DNA of 64,000 bases from Abditibacterium sp. (GTDB lineage Bacteria > Armatimonadota > Abditibacteriia > Abditibacteriales > Abditibacteriaceae): assembly GCA_965246885.1 (NCBI GenBank), contig OZ251992.1, positions 384,001-448,000 of the forward strand, written 5' to 3'. Shown piece by piece: positions 26,820-36,953 of this stretch. How positions within the stretch are numbered: the first letter of the stretch is position 1; the number at the start of each line of letters is the position of its first letter. A program made the translations under genes and the position numbers. The notes under the pieces were generated by a model. That model was not told the origin of the DNA. It searched no databases and worked only from the letters and a program-made list of their open reading frames with translations.

Positions 26820-29800
26820 TCACACGGCGCCCGCCAGCGCGCCTTTTTTGGGCAACACCAGCGCGGTGGTGACCGCGTAGCCGAAGCGGGTTTCGACATC
26901 GGCGGCGGAGAGGGGGCGGGCGAAGAAGTAGCCTTGGCCCCAATCGCAGCCCAAACTGAGCAGGTGCGCGGCTTCGCCCGCTTCCTCGACGCCTTCGGCG
27001 ACGACCTTTAAGTGCAGGGCGTGCGCGAGGGAAATCATGCTCGACACGATCACTGAGTTGCCCCCCGGCTCGTCTATCTTGGTGACGAACTGGCGGTCTA
27101 TCTTGAGGTAGTCGAAGGGGAAGTCGCGCAGATACGCGAGCGCGGAGTAACCCGTGCCGAAGTCGTCAATGGCGAGCGAAACGCCAAGTTCTTTGAGCGC
27201 GTTGAGGGTTTCGAGCGTTTCTCCCGTTCGCTCGACGATAGCGGACTCGGTGATTTCCAAGATGAGGTTGGCGGGCGGAAATTCGGTCTCGGCCAACACC
27301 AGCGCGACCGACGCGACGAAGCCATCCATGCGCAGTTGGTGCGGCGAGACGTTAACGGCCATCCTGAGCGGCAGGCTATGCCGCGCGTGCCACAGTTGGG
27401 CTTGGCTGCACGCGGCGCGGAGCACCCATGCGCCGAGCGGCGCGATCAGCCCTGTTTCCTCGGCGATGGGAATGAATTCGCCCGGCGCCACGAGTCCGCG
27501 TTCGGGATGCTCCCAGCGCACCAAGGCTTCAAAACCGGTGAGGGTATCGCGCGTCAAGTCCCACTTGGGCTGAAAGCGCAGCGAGAACTCCTGCTTCTGT
27601 AGAGCGCGGCGCAGGTCGTTTTCGGTGTCCAAGCGCTTGAGCGCGCCCTCGCCCAGATGCGATTGGTAGATTTCGTAGCGCGCTTTGCCCCGTCGCTTGG
27701 CCTCGTAGAGGGCGGCGTCGGCTTGGCGCAGCATCTCGTCGGGATGGTTGTAAAGGCCGCTCGAAAAGGTGATGCCAATCGAAGGCGTCGTGAAGACTTC
27801 CCGCCCGCCGATGAAGAACGGCTCCCGCAGCGCTTCCAACAGCCGCTCCGCGACGTTGATGGCGTAGCGCGGCCCGTCCATCTGCTCCAACAGGATGACG
27901 AACTCATCCCCGCCAAAGCGCGCGGCGGTATCTCCGGCGCGCAGGGAATCCTTCAAGCGGCGCGCGATGCCCAGCAGCATCTCGTCGCCCACGCCGTGCC
28001 CCAGCGAGTCGTTGATGTATTTGAAGTTGTCCAGATCAATGAACAAGACGGCCACCGTCCCTTCTTCGCGGCGCTGAATCAGGGCGTGTTCAAGACGGTC
28101 TTTGAGGCGCTTGCGATTCGCCAGCCCCGTCAGGCCATCGTGCGAGGCGTGGTAGTAGAGGCTCGCTTCCATTACGCGGCGCTCCGTGACGTCCGACACC
28201 GAAGCCACCATGCCCGCGAAATGGCCGCGCTCGTCCATGAGCGGCGCCGCGTTGACTGACACGATCAGCCGCTTTGCGTCGGCGCCCTCGCAAGCATATT
28301 GCACCTCATACACCGACTCACCGAGCATCTTCACGCGCACAAAGGGCGACTCATCGGGCGAAAGCGGCCCCCCCTCGACCGTCGTCATTTTCCAAGTGGG
28401 CGAGTCGAAGGTGCGCGCGCAAATCTCCTCGCGCGTCAGGCCAAAGACGCTTTCTGCCGCGAGGTTGGCAAACGAAATTTGCCCGTCGGCTTCGGCGATA
28501 ATGATGGCGTCGGCGGCGGTCTCGACGATGAGTTCCAATCGCTGTTGCGAAGCGCGCAACGTCTCTTCGGACGTCTTCCTGTCCGAGATGTCAATGCACA
28601 CGCCCACCATCTTGAGCGCTTCCCCATTGCCGCGCAAAAACGTCTCATCGTCGGCGGCGCCTTTGGGCAAGAGCGCCTTGCCGCGCAACATCCAGTGGCG
28701 GCGCGCGCCATCGGCCCGAATGACGCGAAACTCGACCGTCACGACCTCCCGCCGCACAAACGCGCGCGAACACGCCGACACCACTCGCCCCTTATCGGAC
28801 AGGAAGATGTGCTCCAACCACGCCGACCACGTGCGCGGAAACTCTCCACACTCATAACCGAGCAGGGAATCTATATCCCCGTGCCACTCCAACTCGTCCG
28901 AGTGCTGCCCCAACACAAAAAAGGCGTCGCCTGCGCCCAGCCCGGTCTGCGCCATCTCACGGAAGAGGTGCTCGGAGTGCCGCAGGCGGTTGGTGAATAT
29001 CTGGAGTGTGGCGAAAGTCGCGTTGATGTTCGAGCCAAGGTGCGCGATTTCGTCGTCGCCCGTCACCGCGACGCGGCGCGACAAATCGCCCGACCCGCGC
29101 ACATCGTCAATGAACGTGTTCAGCCCCGCGAGCGGAGACAACACCAACCGCTCTAACGGCACAATCGCCGCCATGAGCGAGAATAAGCCGCACCCGAACA
29201 AGACCAGCCCGAACGCGTTGAGCGCAATTTCCCCGCGCGACGAGGCGACGTTGGGAGAACTCATCTCCAACAGCGCGGCGGGCTGATCGTAGACGTCCAG
29301 CAACCAATCGGAGATGGTCGTCGCCTCGCTTCCGTGCGTAAGGGTGCCGCTTTTTAAACTGCGCTCTTGCGCGCTTAACTGGTCGAGAGGGCGCACCCGA
29401 ATGGCGTAGCCAAACTCGGCGAAATCGCCTTCCAACTGCGAAGCCGAAATGCGGCGCGCGGTGATAATGGTTCCGCGCGGCGGCGCCGTTCCATCGTCCG
29501 AAGTAACGGGAAGCGCCGACAGCCACAACAGGCCGTCCGCCGCTTCCAGAAATCCACCGTGCGGCGCGCTCTCGTCCCGACTGAGCAGGGCATCGTCGGG
29601 GCGTAAATGAGCGCGCAGTTCGGGCGGAAGCGGCAACGGATGCCCCGCTTTGTCGCGGTAAGAATGCCACAACAGTTGCCCCTGCGTGTCCGTGACAGCG
29701 ACCAAGTCGAAGCGGTTAAAGCGCAAAACCGGCGCGCTAAAATTACGTTGCGCCCACGCCGCGTCGTGCGTCGGCACCCAGTTGTAAAGCTCGTTCCACG

Positions 29801-30005
29801 CGCTCCACCCGCGTAGCCCCAGCGCTTCTTTTTGAATCGAGCGCGATAGGGCGATCTGGGCGCGCGCCATTTGCCTGCGCGACTCCGTTTGCTCGACGCG
29901 CGTGAACTCGCCCAGCACAAGCGGGCGAATCGCGCAGTACACCACCAGTAACAGGGCCGTCAGGACGCCCGAAATGAGGAGCAGAGTTTTAGTGCGAAGC
30001 GTCAT
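26820..30005 (-). CDS. Diguanylate cyclase/phosphodiesterase (CHASE4-HAMP-PAS-PAS-GGDEF-EAL)
   Basis: TM-periplasmic domain-TM, HAMP (GDDEIAHLG), PAS domains, HDGLTGLANR, RFGGDEF, FEALVRW, DDFGTGYS, VVAEGVE. Confidence 0.93.
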   Translation of the reverse strand: MTLRTKTLLLISGVLTALLLVVYCAIRPLVLGEFTRVEQTESRRQMARAQIALSRSIQKEALGLRGWSAWNELYNWVPTHDAAWAQRNFSAPVLRFNRFDLVAVTDTQGQLLWHSYRDKAGHPLPLPPELRAHLRPDDALLSRDESAPHGGFLEAADGLLWLSALPVTSDDGTAPPRGTIITARRISASQLEGDFAEFGYAIRVRPLDQLSAQERSLKSGTLTHGSEATTISDWLLDVYDQPAALLEMSSPNVASSRGEIALNAFGLVLFGCGLFSLMAAIVPLERLVLSPLAGLNTFIDDVRGSGDLSRRVAVTGDDEIAHLGSNINATFATLQIFTNRLRHSEHLFREMAQTGLGAGDAFFVLGQHSDELEWHGDIDSLLGYECGEFPRTWSAWLEHIFLSDKGRVVSACSRAFVRREVVTVEFRVIRADGARRHWMLRGKALLPKGAADDETFLRGNGEALKMVGVCIDISDRKTSEETLRASQQRLELIVETAADAIIIAEADGQISFANLAAESVFGLTREEICARTFDSPTWKMTTVEGGPLSPDESPFVRVKMLGESVYEVQYACEGADAKRLIVSVNAAPLMDERGHFAGMVASVSDVTERRVMEASLYYHASHDGLTGLANRKRLKDRLEHALIQRREEGTVAVLFIDLDNFKYINDSLGHGVGDEMLLGIARRLKDSLRAGDTAARFGGDEFVILLEQMDGPRYAINVAERLLEALREPFFIGGREVFTTPSIGITFSSGLYNHPDEMLRQADAALYEAKRRGKARYEIYQSHLGEGALKRLDTENDLRRALQKQEFSLRFQPKWDLTRDTLTGFEALVRWEHPERGLVAPGEFIPIAEETGLIAPLGAWVLRAACSQAQLWHARHSLPLRMAVNVSPHQLRMDGFVASVALVLAETEFPPANLILEITESAIVERTGETLETLNALKELGVSLAIDDFGTGYSALAYLRDFPFDYLKIDRQFVTKIDEPGGNSVIVSSMISLAHALHLKVVAEGVEEAGEAAHLLSLGCDWGQGYFFARPLSAADVETRFGYAVTTALVLPKKGALAGAV

Positions 30006-30087
30006 GTCGGGGGGTGCTGTTCTGAAAGAAAGTTTCGCTTGCGCGCGCCGGACGCGCCAAATCCGGCTTTACACTATGACGCGCATC

Positions 30088-31968
30088 ATGTCGCTATACA
30101 CCGAGTTTTCCAAGGGCTGCTCCCTTTTCCAGTTTTTCGCCATTTCCGAAAGTGAAGCCGCACCCGCGCCCGCCGTCACTCCCAAACGGAGCGAAGTCCC
30201 CGTCGAAATGACGTGGGACTTAACCCTCGTCTACCCCTCCCCCGCCGCGTGGGAGGCCGACTTCGCGCGCATCGAAGCCGCCCTGCCCGCCTTTGACGCT
30301 TTCTCCGGCCAATTGGGAAACGCTCGCTCCCTCTTGGACTGTTTGAAATTGCGCGACGAATCCGGCGCCCAAATCGGCAAGTTGGGTTCCTACGCGTCCC
30401 TCTCCAAATCCGGCGACAACACCGACGCCGATGCGCAGTCTCGCTTTGACCGCGTCAGTGGTCTGTACGCCCGCCGCGCCGCCGCGACCTCGTGGATCGA
30501 ACCGCAAATCCTCGAATTGGCGCCCGATGCCTTGCGCGCGATGTTAGATGCCGAGCCGGGATTACGCGTCTATGACTACTACTTCCAAACGCTTGAACGC
30601 GAGCGCGCCCACACCCGCTCCGCCGAAGTCGAGGAAGTCCTCGCCCTCCTCAGCGAGCCACTGGGCGCCGCACAGACCGCCTTTCGCCAGTTCGACAACG
30701 CCGACCTCAAGTTCCCGAACGTTCTCGACGAGAACGGAACAGAGCAGGAACTCACGCACGGCAAATACATTAACTTCCTTCAAAGCCCGCACCGCGAAGT
30801 GAGACAGCGCGCGTTCGAGGCGATGCATGGCACTTTCGCCGGGTGGCGCAATACGCTCGCGGCCACCCTTGGCGGAACCGTCAAAACCCACGTCGCCCTT
30901 TCCCGCGTGCGCGGCTACGAGTCCGTGCTTCACATGGAACTCGACCCCGACGCCATCCCCACCAGCGTTTATACCAACCTCATCTCCACCGTCCACGAAC
31001 GGCTCCCCGTCTTGCACCGCTACCTGCGCCTCCGCAAAAAGCGCCTTGGGTTGGACACCCTTAAGATGTGGGACTTGTACGTTCCCATCGTGCCCCAAGT
31101 CGAGCGCAAAGTCGCATATGAAGAAGGGCGGCGGCTGGTCATGGAATCTATCAAGCCACTCGGCGAACAGCCCACGCAAATCATCAAACGCGGCTTCGAG
31201 GAGCGCTGGATAGACGTGCTCGAAAACGAAGGCAAGACCAGTGGCGCTTTCTCGAACGGCTCGTTCCTCACCCCGCCTTACATGTTGCTCAACTACCAAG
31301 AAAAGCTCGAATCCGTCTTCACCCTCGCCCACGAATGGGGTCACTCGCTTCATTCTTACCTTTCGCGCGAAACGCAGCCGTACGTGTATTCCGGCTACAC
31401 CATCTTCGTCGCCGAGGTCGCCTCCACCCTGCTCGAAGCCTTGCTGTCGCATTATATGCTCGAAGATGCGCGCGCCAAAGGAGATAAGGAGTTGCAGATG
31501 TATCTCCTCAATCAAGTCGCCGAACGCTTCCGCACGACCCTGTTCCGCCAGACTCTGTTCGCCGAATTTGAATTGCGCATCCACGAAACCGTCGAACAGA
31601 ACGAAGCCTTGACCGCGCAGAAGATGAGCGAGATTTATCTGGACATCAACCGCGCTTACTACGGCGCCGAAGTCGAAGTGGACGAGGTCGCCGCCATCGA
31701 ATGGGCGCGCATCCCGCACTTCTACTACGGCTACTACGTCTACCAATACGCGACGGGCATCTCGGCGGCGCAAAGTTTGGCGAAGCAGATTCTGGCCGAA
31801 GGCGCTCCCGCCGTCGAACGGTATCTCAGCTTTTTGCGCGGCGGCAGTTCGCAAACTTCCATTGACCTCTTGAAAGGCGCTGGAGTGGATATGACCTCCC
31901 CCGCTCCCATTCACGCCGCATTGGATGCTTTCGAGGACGCCGTCGCGCAAATGGAAAGCCTCGCGTAG
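30088..31968 (+). CDS. pepF: Oligoendopeptidase F (peptidase M3B)
   Basis: KRSEVPVEMTWDL, WIDV..NEGKTSGAFS, TLAHEWGHSLHSY zincin motif, FVAEVAS, WARIPHFY...YVYQYATG. Start codon uncertain. Confidence 0.95.
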   Translation: MSLYTEFSKGCSLFQFFAISESEAAPAPAVTPKRSEVPVEMTWDLTLVYPSPAAWEADFARIEAALPAFDAFSGQLGNARSLLDCLKLRDESGAQIGKLGSYASLSKSGDNTDADAQSRFDRVSGLYARRAAATSWIEPQILELAPDALRAMLDAEPGLRVYDYYFQTLERERAHTRSAEVEEVLALLSEPLGAAQTAFRQFDNADLKFPNVLDENGTEQELTHGKYINFLQSPHREVRQRAFEAMHGTFAGWRNTLAATLGGTVKTHVALSRVRGYESVLHMELDPDAIPTSVYTNLISTVHERLPVLHRYLRLRKKRLGLDTLKMWDLYVPIVPQVERKVAYEEGRRLVMESIKPLGEQPTQIIKRGFEERWIDVLENEGKTSGAFSNGSFLTPPYMLLNYQEKLESVFTLAHEWGHSLHSYLSRETQPYVYSGYTIFVAEVASTLLEALLSHYMLEDARAKGDKELQMYLLNQVAERFRTTLFRQTLFAEFELRIHETVEQNEALTAQKMSEIYLDINRAYYGAEVEVDEVAAIEWARIPHFYYGYYVYQYATGISAAQSLAKQILAEGAPAVERYLSFLRGGSSQTSIDLLKGAGVDMTSPAPIHAALDAFEDAVAQMESLA

Positions 31969-31970
31969 CA

Positions 31971-32140
31971 AAGAAAGAATTGGGCGCGGCCACTGTTCGC
32001 CGGGTCGCGGCAACGGTCGCCGCAGGCCTGCCGACAAAAGAATCAGCCCGGCGGACGGAAGAATTAAGCGCGCCGCCAAAAGAACTAACCCGGCGGACGG
32101 GAGAATTAACTCTGCGGCGCGAGAATTAAGCGCGCCGACA
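31971..32140. repeat. Degenerate 21-nt periodic intergenic tract (family member 2 of 4)
   Basis: AGAA(T/C) words with the G at 31977, 32040, 32061, 32082, 32103 and 32123; consensus about AAGAATTAAGCGCGCCGNNNN. Confidence 0.8.
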
Positions 32141-32288
32141 GTTCGCCGGGGCAGGCGGATGACTCCGGGAGACCGCGCAACGCTTATTAGGTGTCGCACG
32201 GCAACCGACGCGCGTCCGCCTCGTCTTGACCTACCCGGTTTCTCGCCGGGCCGACTCACCCCCTGCCGTACCCAAGGAGAAACACAAT

Positions 32289-34262
32289 ATGGAATTATCA
32301 ACTTTAAGCGTCGAAGAGGCCGCGTCCCCAGACGCGCCGCCCTTTCCCGACGAAGACAATACTGACACACACCACAGCCCCGCCCCCACCGAATCCGAAG
32401 AAGAATTTTCACCCGCGCTGCTTTTTCTCGAAGACTTCGTTGTCACCGCCCTCCTGTCCGCCGGACGCCCCCTGAAAAACGGCGAACTTGCCCAAAAAGC
32501 CGAGGCGGGCGGTTGGACGCTCAACCGTCCTGCGCTTCGTCAAGCGCTCGCCGCGTCCAAGCGATTGCACAACGAAAACCGCGAGTGGGAAGGCGCTTGG
32601 CGCTTGCAACGCCGCGCCCTGCCGCGCGAAGAGCGTTTGCGCGTGCCGGTCGAAGCGCTTGTGCGCGAGTTCTTGGAAATGGTCGGCAAGCCGCTCCCCG
32701 TTCCCGTCATCGCCCGCGAAGTCGCGGCCATGCGCAACGCGCCGGACTCGAATTTGAAAGACGCCGTCGCCACCATCTTGCAAACCGCGCCGTACGCCCT
32801 CAAAGTCGGGCAGGGCGCCTTTTTGCACGAGAACTTCGCGCTCAAAACCGGCGCGCCGCGCGAGGAAGTCACCATCCGCGAGAACCGCTTGCACCTGGAC
32901 GCCGACTTTCAAGGCTTAATCGAGTTCGCCCAAGTCGAGGCGAAAGACGCCGCAGGCATCGCGCGCGAACTGATGGAGTTCACCGGCGGCCCGCTTTCGC
33001 AACGCGTGATTGGCTTCTTCGTCGCGCGCGCGCAGGGCCGCGCCTTTTCGCCCGCCAAGCTCGCCGAGGTGCTCAACGACCGCGCGCAATTTCAGCCGCT
33101 TTTGGGCGGATTTGTGTCACTTCAAGAGGCCCTGCCCGCTCTGCGCGACTCGGCGGTGGAGTTTCTCAGCGAAGTGGGCGGCGAAGCCGAAGCCGTTGAC
33201 CCCGAAGCGCTCTTGCGCTTGCGTGTCGCACCCAAAGATGTGGTCTTTCCCTCCGAAGAAGCATTAGAAACATTGAAAGAAGTGGGCCGTAACGCCCAAG
33301 GGGAGCCGATTCACACCGCCAAAGTGGTTTTGGATGTTTGGGATGTCGAGCCGGACGAACCCACCCTCGTCGCGCAAGTCCAAGGGTTGAACGAGGCGCT
33401 ACGCCGCGATACCCAGAACTGGATGCCTTTTGGCTTGGGCCGCTTTTTGCTGCTCGATTCCGTTCCTGCGAGCGCGCGCGAAGTGCCGCCGCGTCTCAAA
33501 CCCGCGACCGCGACGGGGAAGAACCGCATCACAAACGAGCTGTTCGACTTGGAGATGGACGACGCCGGACTCGATGGCGACGGCGCCGCGTTTGTTCACT
33601 CGCCCGAATGGGACGATATTGGCGAAGAAGGCGAAGTGGAGGGAGCGCGTCTGGGAGCGCTGACGGCCCATGTCCCGATTTTGAACCATCACTACGAAAC
33701 CGGCACGTTGCGCATCCGGGCGATGGACGCCGCCGTGTGGGAACTCAAAGCGCCCTTCTCGCGGCTCACCCTGCATCAGCGCACCGACGACGCGGGTGAA
33801 CTGCCCTTCGAGGTGTGGGTCTCGCGCGAAAACGGTCTCGCGTCGGGCGAAGAACTACGCGGCTGGTTCATGGAAAACTTGGGGCCGTCGGGCGGCGTTG
33901 CCAAAATCGAGCGCGAGGGTGATAAACTCTGGATCGCGCGCGATCCGTTCGACCCGCGCGTGTTCCTGACGGAGAACCGCGTCGAAGACCTCGAAGATTT
34001 GCGCGCCGGAGCCGCCTTTCTCTCGCTTACGGAACTGCTGGTCAAGATTCTGGGCGACTCGAAAACCGGCTTGGAGTTGCCGCTTTTGTGGGCGCACGCC
34101 AACATCGTGCGGCGCACCTCGAAGCGCCTGCTCGCTTCCGTCCTGAGCCTTTACGCCCCGTTCACCGTCAAACAACGCGGCCAGAACGCGTGGGTTTGGA
34201 CGCTCGACCCGACCAAAGACACCGAGTTTAAAAAGGGCAAGCGCCGCTTCGTGCGGGAGTAA
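32289..34262 (+). CDS. Hypothetical protein (657 aa)
   Basis: Strong RBS AAGGAGA, host-like codon usage, acidic N-terminal tail; no family recognised. Confidence 0.8.
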   Translation: MELSTLSVEEAASPDAPPFPDEDNTDTHHSPAPTESEEEFSPALLFLEDFVVTALLSAGRPLKNGELAQKAEAGGWTLNRPALRQALAASKRLHNENREWEGAWRLQRRALPREERLRVPVEALVREFLEMVGKPLPVPVIAREVAAMRNAPDSNLKDAVATILQTAPYALKVGQGAFLHENFALKTGAPREEVTIRENRLHLDADFQGLIEFAQVEAKDAAGIARELMEFTGGPLSQRVIGFFVARAQGRAFSPAKLAEVLNDRAQFQPLLGGFVSLQEALPALRDSAVEFLSEVGGEAEAVDPEALLRLRVAPKDVVFPSEEALETLKEVGRNAQGEPIHTAKVVLDVWDVEPDEPTLVAQVQGLNEALRRDTQNWMPFGLGRFLLLDSVPASAREVPPRLKPATATGKNRITNELFDLEMDDAGLDGDGAAFVHSPEWDDIGEEGEVEGARLGALTAHVPILNHHYETGTLRIRAMDAAVWELKAPFSRLTLHQRTDDAGELPFEVWVSRENGLASGEELRGWFMENLGPSGGVAKIEREGDKLWIARDPFDPRVFLTENRVEDLEDLRAGAAFLSLTELLVKILGDSKTGLELPLLWAHANIVRRTSKRLLASVLSLYAPFTVKQRGQNAWVWTLDPTKDTEFKKGKRRFVRE

Positions 34263-34337
34263 AGCGCGAGCGGCGGGGTGCGCGTTTCTTGGCGCAAAAT
34301 GCGCACCCCGCCGCCTTTTGGGGCGTCCGAAAGAAGC

Positions 34338-35570
34338 ATGAAATGGTTGCTCTTTCTGCCCGTTGTGGCGGGCGTGGCTTTGGCCGCGCGCGCGCAGTTC
34401 TCCCCTTCTTCCCCCAAATCTTTGTCCGTTCCGCCGGTGCGTCTCGTGGGTGTGCCGACGGGACAAACAAACGCGCTGGGCCTGACGGTTCCGGCTGGGT
34501 TCCGCGTGAGCGTGTTCGCGGAAGGCTTAGACCGCCCGCGCCGCCTTGCGGTCGTGCCCAAAAAGGGCGGTAAAGGGTATGATGTGGCCGTCTCGCTTTC
34601 CTATGATGGCGAGGTCGTGCTGTTGCGCGATTCCAACGGGAGCGGCGTGGCGGATTCGCGCACTACGCTCTTGTCCGGCCTGAACCAACCCTACGGCCTC
34701 GCCTTCGACGGCACGTCCTTATATGTGGGCAACACCGATGCCGTGTGGCGTTATCCCTTCACCCCCGGCCAGACCAAAGTGACGGGTGGGGGGCGCAAGA
34801 TTGCCGATCTTACGCGCGGCGGCTACAACAACCATTGGACGCGCAACTTGCTGTTTGACGCTTCCAAGCGCAGCCTGTTTGTGACGGTTGGCAGTTCGTG
34901 CAACGTGTGCGAGGAAGGCGATCACCAGCGCGCCGCCCTTTCGGTTATGCGCCCCGATGGTTCGGGCAAGCACGTGGTCGCAAGCGGCCTACGCAACCCG
35001 ACGGGCCTCGCTTGGAACCCCGCGAACAAGAGTTTATGGACGGTGGTCAACGAGCGCGACCAACTGGGCGACGACCTACCGCCCGACTTCCTCACCTCCC
35101 TCGCGCCGGGCCGCTTCTACGGCTGGCCCTACGCCTACACCGACCCCGCGCGCCGCGTCGTGCCCGACCCGATCTTTGGCGCCGCCCATCCCGACCGCGT
35201 TCGGGCGACCACGCCGCCCGATTTCCCCGTCCAAGCGCACTCGGCGGCGCTGGGTGTGGCGTTCTACCCGTTGAGCGATGCGGGCGGGAATTTTCCCGCG
35301 CAGTATCGCGGTGACGCTTTCCTCTCCTTTCACGGATCGTGGAACCGCGCTCACAAGACCGGCTATAAGGTCGTGCGCGTTCACTTCGCGCACGGCAAGC
35401 CCGTCGAGGTCTCCGATTTCGTGACCGGTTTCTTGAAAGGTGAATCGAACTGGGGCCGCCCCGTTGACATCCAACTCGCGCCGGACGGCTCGCTGCTCTT
35501 TTCCGATGATCAGGGCGGCAAGATATGGCGCGTTTCCTACGTCGGCGACGGAAGCGGACGGGCCTCGTAA
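34338..35570 (+). CDS. PQQ-dependent sugar/L-sorbosone dehydrogenase family protein
   Basis: Signal peptide; NNHWTR, VGSSCNVCEE, SGLRNPTGL, VNERDQLGDDLPPD, FYGWPY, HGSWNR, WGRPVD. Confidence 0.9.
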   Translation: MKWLLFLPVVAGVALAARAQFSPSSPKSLSVPPVRLVGVPTGQTNALGLTVPAGFRVSVFAEGLDRPRRLAVVPKKGGKGYDVAVSLSYDGEVVLLRDSNGSGVADSRTTLLSGLNQPYGLAFDGTSLYVGNTDAVWRYPFTPGQTKVTGGGRKIADLTRGGYNNHWTRNLLFDASKRSLFVTVGSSCNVCEEGDHQRAALSVMRPDGSGKHVVASGLRNPTGLAWNPANKSLWTVVNERDQLGDDLPPDFLTSLAPGRFYGWPYAYTDPARRVVPDPIFGAAHPDRVRATTPPDFPVQAHSAALGVAFYPLSDAGGNFPAQYRGDAFLSFHGSWNRAHKTGYKVVRVHFAHGKPVEVSDFVTGFLKGESNWGRPVDIQLAPDGSLLFSDDQGGKIWRVSYVGDGSGRAS

Positions 35571-35600
35571 ACATGAGCGCGGCGCGTTACAATTGTTCCC

Positions 35601-36452
35601 GTGCGCCGCTTTGTGCCTTTTCTCGTGCTGCTTTTGACGCCCGCGCTCGCCGTTGCCGCGCCCAAGCTCGACACGTCGGGAACGCAAGAACGCGACGTGG
35701 TGTTCGTGCGGCACGGCGCGCGGGCGCTGTCGGTGCATCTGCTGCGCCCGTTGCCGCTTCCCAAGACGACGTTGCCGGTCGTGCTATATTTTCACGGCGG
35801 CGCGTGGCGCAACGGCTCGTATCAGAAGATGTCGCCGACACTCATCGCGCTCGCGCGGGCAGGCGTGGCGGTGGCGTCGGTCGAGTTCCGCGCATCGGAC
35901 GAAGCGACGTTTCCAGCACCCCTTGAGGACGCGCGGGCGGCGGTGCGCTGGGTCAAGGAGCAGGGTGCGGGGTATTCGCTCGACGCCAAGCGGTTGGGGG
36001 TGTATGGCCTTTCGACGGGTGGACTGTTCGCGGGATTGCTCGCGTATTCGGGTTCGAGCGCCCGCGCCGCCTGCTTGCAAAGCGCGCCCAGTGACCTCAA
36101 TACGCTCCGGGGCGCGCGGCTGGATTGGCAAGCGCCCGACTCGCCCCTCGCGGCAATGATGGGGGTTCCGCTTTCCAATCATGGGGCGTTGGAGCGCGCG
36201 AGTCCTCTTTTTTATGCCGACGAGGACGCGCCGCCCACGCTACTGTTGGCTGGTGCGCAGGACACGTTTATCAATCCAGCGCAAAGCGAGGCGCTCTATG
36301 AGAAGCTGAAGCGGGCGGGGGCGCGAGTGGAGTATCAGGTGTTCGAGGGACAAAACCACGACCTGCGCGACGCGCAGGACGACGTGACGCACGCGGTAGT
36401 TGCGTTCTTCGGGCGCGAGTTGGCACCCAAGACGCCACACTCCAAGCCATGA
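35601..36452 (+). CDS. Exported alpha/beta hydrolase (esterase/lipase)
   Basis: HGGAW oxyanion motif, GLSTGG nucleophile elbow, PPTLLLAG..D and a C-terminal His. Confidence 0.88.
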   Translation: MRRFVPFLVLLLTPALAVAAPKLDTSGTQERDVVFVRHGARALSVHLLRPLPLPKTTLPVVLYFHGGAWRNGSYQKMSPTLIALARAGVAVASVEFRASDEATFPAPLEDARAAVRWVKEQGAGYSLDAKRLGVYGLSTGGLFAGLLAYSGSSARAACLQSAPSDLNTLRGARLDWQAPDSPLAAMMGVPLSNHGALERASPLFYADEDAPPTLLLAGAQDTFINPAQSEALYEKLKRAGARVEYQVFEGQNHDLRDAQDDVTHAVVAFFGRELAPKTPHSKP

Positions 36453-36904
36453 ACCGCGACCTCATCGCCCGCGCCGTCATCGTGCGCGGCGGCGCCCTGC
36501 TTGTCAACGGCAACATCAACAAAAAGACCGGGGAGAAGTACATAGCCCTGCCCGGCGGCCACGTTGACCCCGGCGAGCACTGCACGGAGGCCCTCCAGCG
36601 CGAAATCGAGGAGGAGCTATCCGCCGTCGCGCAAGTCGGCGCGCTCCTCTTCGTCACCGAGGACATTTATCCGGGCCGCGAGAAAGACGAAAAGGCGCGC
36701 CACGAACTGACCCTCTTCTTCGCCGCCACCCTTTCCGGCGAAACGACGCGCGCCGACGGCACCGTCGCCAGCCCCGAAGCATGGAAGCAACTGCACTGGC
36801 TGCCCTTGGCGGAGCTTCCCGCCGCCCATCTGCTGCCCCGCAGTGCCAAAGCGCGCTTGTTGGACGAATCCGCGCCGCTCTACCAGTTCACGGACTCCCG
36901 CTAA
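36449..36904 (+). CDS. NUDIX hydrolase
   Basis: Nudix box PGGHVDPGEHCTEALQREIEEE. Confidence 0.9.
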   Translation: MNRDLIARAVIVRGGALLVNGNINKKTGEKYIALPGGHVDPGEHCTEALQREIEEELSAVAQVGALLFVTEDIYPGREKDEKARHELTLFFAATLSGETTRADGTVASPEAWKQLHWLPLAELPAAHLLPRSAKARLLDESAPLYQFTDSR

Positions 36905-36910
36905 CGGGCG

Positions 36911-36936
36911 GGGGCAACCACGTGGGTTGCGCCTAC
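36911..36936 (-). repeat. GTAG-type REP-like palindrome
   Basis: Reverse complement GTAGGCGCAACCCACGTGGTTGCCCC: GTAG followed by an imperfect hairpin. Confidence 0.5.
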
Positions 36937-36953
36937 ACACTTCTCCCCCCATT

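Noticed and set aside
31971..32140. 21-nt periodic tracts as mini-CRISPR arrays or as real ORFs (31925-32365, 42409-43107, 14092-14505)
   Set aside because: The repeats are degenerate and too short for a repeat-spacer structure. The ORFs overlap real genes, lack an RBS and stay open mainly because of high GC and the multiple-of-3 period.
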